Below, piece after piece: positions 59,201 to 64,000 of a stretch of 64,000 bases of DNA (within the stretch, counting starts at the first letter, position 1; each line of letters opens with the position of its first letter). Source of the DNA: a virus. Taxonomy: Duplodnaviria > Caudoviricetes. The notes under the pieces are model-generated. The model saw nothing but the letters and a program-made list of their open reading frames with translations. It had not been told where the DNA came from and ran no database searches. The stretch spans positions 228 to 64,227 of IMG/VR virus record IMGVR_UViG_3300044799_000048; one strand, 5' to 3'. The position numbers and the translations under genes are program-made.

Positions 59201-61788
59201 GAGGCGTGATCTAGTACCGTGCGCCATGCCTTGTCATTGTAACTGGCATACGCAGTTCTGTACCCATCCCATAATGGAGAGACTTTTCCGTTGAATTCTT
59301 GAAGAGCAGCAGTTCTTGCTTCTTCGGGCAACTTGAAGATTTTACCCATTTCTTTTTCTGTGAAGACACGAATCTTCTCGTTCTGTTTGATGAGGTCTTC
59401 AAACCCCTCAATCTTGATTCCGTACTTTTCAAGAAGTTTATTATTCTGAAGGCTTCGCCCCATCGCTTCCTTGAAGTGTCTGGTAATCTCGCTACTGATA
59501 GAGGAATAGGGTTGCCCTGTAGCATGTTGCATCGCAAGAAGTTGGTCACGTTTCGCAAATGCGTAGTTGATGTATCCGTCATTTACACCGAGTACATACG
59601 GGGCGGCCCACTCCCCACCGGTTGCCATTCTCTGTGCAAGTTCAGTAGCGTCATTCTCCAATACTTTTGTATAAAGAGCACTGTGTTCATCCAGGAAGTC
59701 ATTCGCTAGTTTGAGAAGGCCCTTGCGTTGTGCAACGGGGTCGAGGTCTTTTAGTGGTTGAAGAGCGGGTGCAATCACGGACTGATAGAAGTGTTCGTCT
59801 ACACTGTTGAGTGTTTTGCTTTCCATAAGACCATGAAAGATTTCGTCAAGGCTGTTCTTGTTAGAGAACACGCGCGTTAACATCTCTTCTTTGTTCATAC
59901 TAGACCGAACAGCGCGAAGAACGTCGTTCGGATTAACACCAATGGTGGAAAGCGCGGCCTTAAGTCCCACGTCCATATCGGTAAATCCGACACCGGGTCG
60001 CCAGGACTTCATCCAATACCGCACCGTTCCCATCATCGTTGCACCCTTGGAGGCATTCGACTCAGCTAAACTAGACGCCTTCGCAAATACAGCAGTCTTC
60101 TGAAACTGGTTAAGTCCACGCTTTACTTTTGCCATCAACCCAGTCGCCTCTGGTTCTGTCGCCACTCTCATGCCGCGCTCCACTGCGCCGTATACTTCCT
60201 GTCCAACTTTTGCAGCACCAGAAAGCGCAAGTTCGGCAGGGCCGACTCCGGCGTACATACGAATAGGGGCGATGCCAAGTCTATTAAATGTTGGTTCTAC
60301 CATGCGACTCATAAAAGCAGGAACGCCGTACACCATAGTGGTCGCCATGTTGTTGATCCAGTTGTTCATGAAGAACATAGGGTTCCATCCGAGGAACGGG
60401 ACGGACTGCGCTCCCTTCAGAACTTGATGGATGCGTTGTATCTGACTTGTCTCTTTAACGCCGAACGCTTTAACGGCGTTTGCGATAGAAGTATCAACAA
60501 GTTTAAACTGGATTTGTCCCTTAAGTTCTGCGAGTGTTCTTGGAAACTTAGACGCAGTGTCAAGAAGTTTCTTCGCTTCTGGGGCAAGGGTCTTCAGGTC
60601 CGTCTTAGCAAGGAAATCAGTCACGCCGGCTTCATCCGCCACTCCGACTATTCGCGCAAAGTCTCCCCAAAGTGTACGCGATTCGTTAAATCCGCTGACA
60701 AGTCCTCTCACTTCAGGGGCGGCTCCAGAAAGCAGGTAGGATGTTCTCTGCCCCGCCTTGCTCATGAAAGCGCCGCCCTTTTCGACAAGAGACTTGCCAC
60801 CTTCCAGAAGGGGGTCGAGCCACTTCATCATATCTATGGTGTTGTCAGTCAGGGCAACACCGGCCCCAGCAAAGTCAATGGCGTTTACCGTATTGATGAT
60901 TGCCTTAGACTTGGGTTCAAGGCGAAGGAGATTCGTAACCCTAGCCAAAATACCAGTGGGGTTCTCCCTTAGGCCGAGAGATGCTGCTTTCGCAATACCC
61001 TTGAGCGGCTTGGAGTATTCCGCGGCCTTCATCGCCTCACGTGAAAGGCCGAAGGGTTTTAGAACCGGCCCGCCGATTACGTTTATTGGGTCGCCGCCAA
61101 ACCGCGTGAGATTCTTCATCCATTCAGGAGAACGTTCCCATGCCTGGTAGGACTTGTTCTTCATGATGTCGCCAAGTTCAGACACGGGAGTTACGGCCTC
61201 GGGATGTTCCACTCCAGCCTTCAGATAGGCGCCTGCTCCGGCTGCGTATTTTCCAAATGCATTGGGAATCGCAGTAAGCCAGTCTGCCGTATCCTTAACC
61301 GCATGAAGCGCCCACGGATCGTCAGGATTCTGTTTGGTATATGGAATCGGTTCTACCGCATTCATTTTATCCATAACGTACTTTTTGTACGCTGGGTTCT
61401 GTTCTGCCATAGCTTGTGGCATACCAAAGAGTGGCCGCAGTCCCGTCTCCCAGGGCGTGAACAGTCCGCCTAGAATGGCATCGGGAACACTATAGAGACT
61501 TTGTAGAAACTTGCCAGACTCGCCCGCGCGAACTCTCGGGAAGATCGTCGCATCTGTACTGGGACGCTTAATCCAGTCCTTCATGTAGTGGAGAGGATCA
61601 AAGGCGTAGTTCTCGTCGGGCATTGCAGGTATTGTGGCCGCGGTAGAATGGGGAACTAAGCCCGCGAAGGGATCACTCGTAGGAGATGAACCCCTAGAGG
61701 TAGGAACCAGGTCCGCAAAAGTATCATTCTTAGGCGCGACATCTGGTGTAGTATTATGAGGAACTAGATTGGCAAATGGATCAGACAT
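56254..61788 (-). CDS. Large internal virion / DNA ejection-type protein (1844 aa)
   Basis: DPFAxLVP N-terminal repeats, helical composition, AMLNY...FMPYEFW motif; located between the portal block and the scaffold. Confidence 0.6.
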   Translation of the reverse strand: MSDPFANLVPHNTTPDVAPKNDTFADLVPTSRGSSPTSDPFAGLVPHSTAATIPAMPDENYAFDPLHYMKDWIKRPSTDATIFPRVRAGESGKFLQSLYSVPDAILGGLFTPWETGLRPLFGMPQAMAEQNPAYKKYVMDKMNAVEPIPYTKQNPDDPWALHAVKDTADWLTAIPNAFGKYAAGAGAYLKAGVEHPEAVTPVSELGDIMKNKSYQAWERSPEWMKNLTRFGGDPINVIGGPVLKPFGLSREAMKAAEYSKPLKGIAKAASLGLRENPTGILARVTNLLRLEPKSKAIINTVNAIDFAGAGVALTDNTIDMMKWLDPLLEGGKSLVEKGGAFMSKAGQRTSYLLSGAAPEVRGLVSGFNESRTLWGDFARIVGVADEAGVTDFLAKTDLKTLAPEAKKLLDTASKFPRTLAELKGQIQFKLVDTSIANAVKAFGVKETSQIQRIHQVLKGAQSVPFLGWNPMFFMNNWINNMATTMVYGVPAFMSRMVEPTFNRLGIAPIRMYAGVGPAELALSGAAKVGQEVYGAVERGMRVATEPEATGLMAKVKRGLNQFQKTAVFAKASSLAESNASKGATMMGTVRYWMKSWRPGVGFTDMDVGLKAALSTIGVNPNDVLRAVRSSMNKEEMLTRVFSNKNSLDEIFHGLMESKTLNSVDEHFYQSVIAPALQPLKDLDPVAQRKGLLKLANDFLDEHSALYTKVLENDATELAQRMATGGEWAAPYVLGVNDGYINYAFAKRDQLLAMQHATGQPYSSISSEITRHFKEAMGRSLQNNKLLEKYGIKIEGFEDLIKQNEKIRVFTEKEMGKIFKLPEEARTAALQEFNGKVSPLWDGYRTAYASYNDKAWRTVLDHASKNNPSAKTLIDDFMGMRKTWHDKDAEILSEGHKAINVMAFGDKREAALRSLDKVRQDHQALYHAASKSKMQEIAALVPAEIKAAIPTIPKTPEEIAKIGTELARVTGAKDGGISILRKITKKSKIDFSDPDVYAAAERVIADKTARAARVSAKPSTIVADMERDVVENYRKVLTGVTGKTVPELPKNMSPELANQLVNDYIKQIGAIDPDKLIEAHNLAGVDTSNVQAIKDAILGNANAGLLPAAQRDVRQGRGVMNSKEFQKFFTPEGDLRKKYRDVRKVVEDMAAQPEEYPFMQMATGWLADANLVDALEKAGKDYVGLRKLNKVNPNIIPELTPISLRKDASAISSLIQPEEVAPAVAQAATPIAQVVTGAVKPVAQAAAPVVTDLSGAFPDVLDINSNAVSSIQKVLAALADGLQFDIGKPGNFTQLGAAEQKATRDMLTAWLKKVASEQDETKLAATKVGEWYRDQAMLNYDNRYGLNTVLGYFMPYEFWFTSSLRNWGRKFLETPALATQYARMRNDLYKTESDASFPARLKGMIKLEMPFLPDWMGDVFVDPLTTSGLPLENFLYGINNLFYQTTQQSLQSKLDNATKNGGTPEQIAEIRTALKEASGRDMMDYMGVLTSVPLWVQLVSNLVQGKPQPPIIPGAGFLRNVSALVTGKQGVDVSGALRGVANRTLGTNLPLGGEFDTYLTERMVSNMVGDGTITAAIGSKALLEHAGPAWDLAVARSRAESGVGMLLPGRQKIYPTGEENQRKLMVEIGKLYEAGDKTAISNWWKMHEDYVKNQIGKLPGERYSAYLTSALYDLPTLDRKQIATAYPDEMKAFYAGTATTEQLAKLADAIGVELPTLATGEPGGPPMPPAFKEGVPTFRPGKTQLEQVTPEIAKKYADFMTSVPVKFGKNIYDEQTRYYDLKDAGKPVTASKNLKSYWDYLHAFQAANPEISKLGWGKDPAATVALTKAAAPYVSHGRSYSQGWQ

Positions 61789-62759
61789 TAACCACCCGGT
61801 TGTACACCACGCCTCTTAAGTGCTTCTCGTTGTTGATAACTACCTTCCCACGCTGCTTGATCTGGCGCTCTGCCATAAGTACGAAGGTACTGATCGCCCC
61901 ACGCCCTATCCCACTCAGCAGACTGTAAAGACTGTTCTGGTGTTCTCTGCCAATCCCTAGGAGCATAGTTGTTTCCCTGTCCTACACTAGAACCAGATGA
62001 TCCATAGTCAGAGATTGGATCACGCCCGCCATGTTGTGCCTGATATGCAGTAACCCAAGACGGGTCTACACGATATCGCGAGTAGACACTGGCATAGGGA
62101 TTTTCATAGGAAGGCCCACTAGAACCTCCCGTAGTACCAGAAGTAATACCAGAAGTAGTATCAGAAGTAGCATTTTCTTGCTGAATGATTAGTGCCTGAA
62201 TTTTTGCAAAGTTTGTTGGATCACTCGCAGCCATATTAAACTCTGCCTCTGTTCCTGGTCCACCCTGCTTAACATAACGTTGATACCACGAAGAAGTACT
62301 ACCAGATGTAGTTCCCACTGTAGTTCCAGGTGTAGTACTAGACCACGGTTTAATCGGTTGTGCCAGAGGACCACCAGGTAAAATATTACTAGTAGATTGT
62401 TTTATCCATCCTGAACCAACGCGTTCAGATGGAGAAGCAGAAATAGTAGAACCACCACCGCCAATTCCAAACACCTGTTTTAAGAGTTGCCACGCATTTC
62501 CAAGATTACCATAATTCTGTTGTCCAGCACTCCACGGATTTCCCTTGTCGGTAGAAGAATAAGTTTGATTCCACAACCTTGAGGGAGACTGAACACTTCC
62601 TACCATTCCAGGAAGCGTAGGAGGAGAAGCGGGGGTTCTATTCTCATACGGATAGGACGCGGGAAGGGCAATCCCCCCGCCGCCGCCAGAAAAATTTGGC
62701 ATCGGAGTAACTTGTGGGCGAATCCATGGGTTGTATTGATTTTCGTTAGGCCATGCCAT
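61788..62759 (-). CDS. Gly/Ser/Pro-rich putative internal virion protein
   Basis: Low-complexity ORF coupled to its neighbours by TAATG overlaps. Confidence 0.5.
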   Translation of the reverse strand: MAWPNENQYNPWIRPQVTPMPNFSGGGGGIALPASYPYENRTPASPPTLPGMVGSVQSPSRLWNQTYSSTDKGNPWSAGQQNYGNLGNAWQLLKQVFGIGGGGSTISASPSERVGSGWIKQSTSNILPGGPLAQPIKPWSSTTPGTTVGTTSGSTSSWYQRYVKQGGPGTEAEFNMAASDPTNFAKIQALIIQQENATSDTTSGITSGTTGGSSGPSYENPYASVYSRYRVDPSWVTAYQAQHGGRDPISDYGSSGSSVGQGNNYAPRDWQRTPEQSLQSAEWDRAWGDQYLRTYGRAPDQAAWEGSYQQREALKRRGVQPGG

Positions 62760-63847
62760 TAGTAGTACCCTTGATTTCCGTACGCGTACTTCGTACTAGA
62801 CCCCCTAGTGTTCTGCGCCGGTCCACCGATAGCGGTGGTCAACTGCGGTGTAGACACGGTAGGACTGAGTAATGACATTAACGTAGCAGCAAACGGATCG
62901 TCAGGATGACTGTCTGCGTAGGTGTTAGCACGGTTCCAGAAGTCCCTGCGTTCCTGACGACTCATGGGGCGGTCTTGACTCCAAACACCCTGAGTGTTCA
63001 TTCCGCCGGGGCCACCGCCACCACCGACAAGTGTAGTCAGAAGGTCAATCATATCCTGACTCCACTTTTCTTGATTACTCAGGTCGGAAGGAGTGCCATT
63101 GAGGTCAGTAGGGGCACCAGTTGTCGCGCGAAGAATCTCACGCAAGCGATCCCTGTCACCATAGTCGGTCCCGGTAGTATTCCACTGTCCCTCTTTCGCA
63201 TTAGCCCCAGCTCGAAGCATGTCCCTGAAGTAAGCAACGGCAGCAGGATCGTCCAGTGAGTCAAGAGACATCTCTACCTGTTGACCATAGGTAGCACGGT
63301 CTGCCGGAGAGAGCATCGGAAGAATCTGGTTAAACCAATTCAAGTAGTTAGCAGACTGAATCTTCGACTCAGAAGTGGGATCATTGGGATTAACGAGGGG
63401 AATATTTACCTTGAAGTTAGGGTCCCACGAAAGTCCCTGAAGCGCGCCGTACCCGCCTTGAGGATTCCACAACTCAAAGCGCGGTTGCCCCCCACCCCAA
63501 TTACCCGCGCCAGAGACCGATTGAACCGGGGGGGTAACAGGTTGCGCGGGACTAGGAAACAACGGGGTAAGTCCCTGCCGCGTATCCATCGGGGGAACTC
63601 CAAACGGTAGTCCAGTACGAGTGCTAGGAGTTTCTCCACCATAACCGAATATCGGTTTGTCAAGAGGAGGAACATTTGCCCCATACCCATACTCATCCCC
63701 CCCTCCTCTAATGGGTTTTTCATACGGATTTGCCCAATTTGTATTCCATGTACTAGGGGCGGTATTACCCCCTGTGGTTCCAGACCATGGACCTCCCCAA
63801 AGTCCACCACCACCAAACCCCTTAATTCTACTTCCCCAATTTGGCAT
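62759..63847 (-). CDS. Gly/Pro-rich putative internal virion protein
   Basis: Low-complexity ORF coupled by TAATG overlaps. Confidence 0.5.
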   Translation of the reverse strand: MPNWGSRIKGFGGGGLWGGPWSGTTGGNTAPSTWNTNWANPYEKPIRGGGDEYGYGANVPPLDKPIFGYGGETPSTRTGLPFGVPPMDTRQGLTPLFPSPAQPVTPPVQSVSGAGNWGGGQPRFELWNPQGGYGALQGLSWDPNFKVNIPLVNPNDPTSESKIQSANYLNWFNQILPMLSPADRATYGQQVEMSLDSLDDPAAVAYFRDMLRAGANAKEGQWNTTGTDYGDRDRLREILRATTGAPTDLNGTPSDLSNQEKWSQDMIDLLTTLVGGGGGPGGMNTQGVWSQDRPMSRQERRDFWNRANTYADSHPDDPFAATLMSLLSPTVSTPQLTTAIGGPAQNTRGSSTKYAYGNQGYY

Positions 63848-64000
63848 TATCTAATCCACCCTTTCCACAATTCTTGTTTTGCTGGTTTTGCGGGTGGTTC
63901 TTTCTTCTCCGTCAATACCTTGTTCCATTTATTCCACGCGGAACCAATTGCTTGATTCCACTTTAGTTGCGGTTTGATTCCCCAGGTCACATTCCACCAC
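63847..64000 (-). CDS. 3' end of an upstream gene (partial)
   Basis: ...WWNVTWGIKPQLKW...ELWKGWIR* with its TAA overlapping the next ATG. Confidence 0.45.
   Translation of the reverse strand, partial: WWNVTWGIKPQLKWNQAIGSAWNKWNKVLTEKKEPPAKPAKQELWKGWIR

Noticed and set aside
56495-61473. Plus-strand ORFs opposite the large minus-strand genes (also throughout 30-52 kb and 1-3 kb)
   Set aside because: Shadow ORFs with no RBS or recognisable motifs

Overview
The window is most of the genome of a tailed dsDNA bacteriophage, probably with a short tail, since large internal-virion-type genes are present and no tape measure or sheath gene is recognisable. The gene order suggests a near-complete, circularly permuted genome: the portal gene runs off the left edge and the internal-virion genes run off the right edge on the same strand. 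Pro/Thr-linker surface proteins hint at a Chloroflexota-like host (inference). Layout: portal, terL and terS (1-7.8 kb, minus); a plus-strand early region of small genes with strong sigma70-type promoters (5.7-13.9 kb); replication and recombination genes with an iteron origin, RusA-like, RecT-like and SSB genes, tRNA-Thr and two degenerate tRNA-like elements (10-26 kb); lysis and tail genes (26-46 kb, minus); a capsid-adjacent glycosyltransferase/methyltransferase/radical-SAM cluster (46.7-50.8 kb); decoration genes, capsid, scaffold and internal proteins (50.9-64 kb). Main discovery: the N4-gp56-like major capsid gene is split by two related group I introns that splice in frame to a 343-aa protein. 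Each intron carries, in the loop of its last P9 helix, an antisense gene with its own sigma70 promoter and a near-identical RBS: a LAGLIDADG homing endonuclease in one, and a small zinc-finger protein with no nuclease motif in the other. No integrase, DNA polymerase, reverse transcriptase or CRISPR array was recognised. All calls are by eye; no database search was run.
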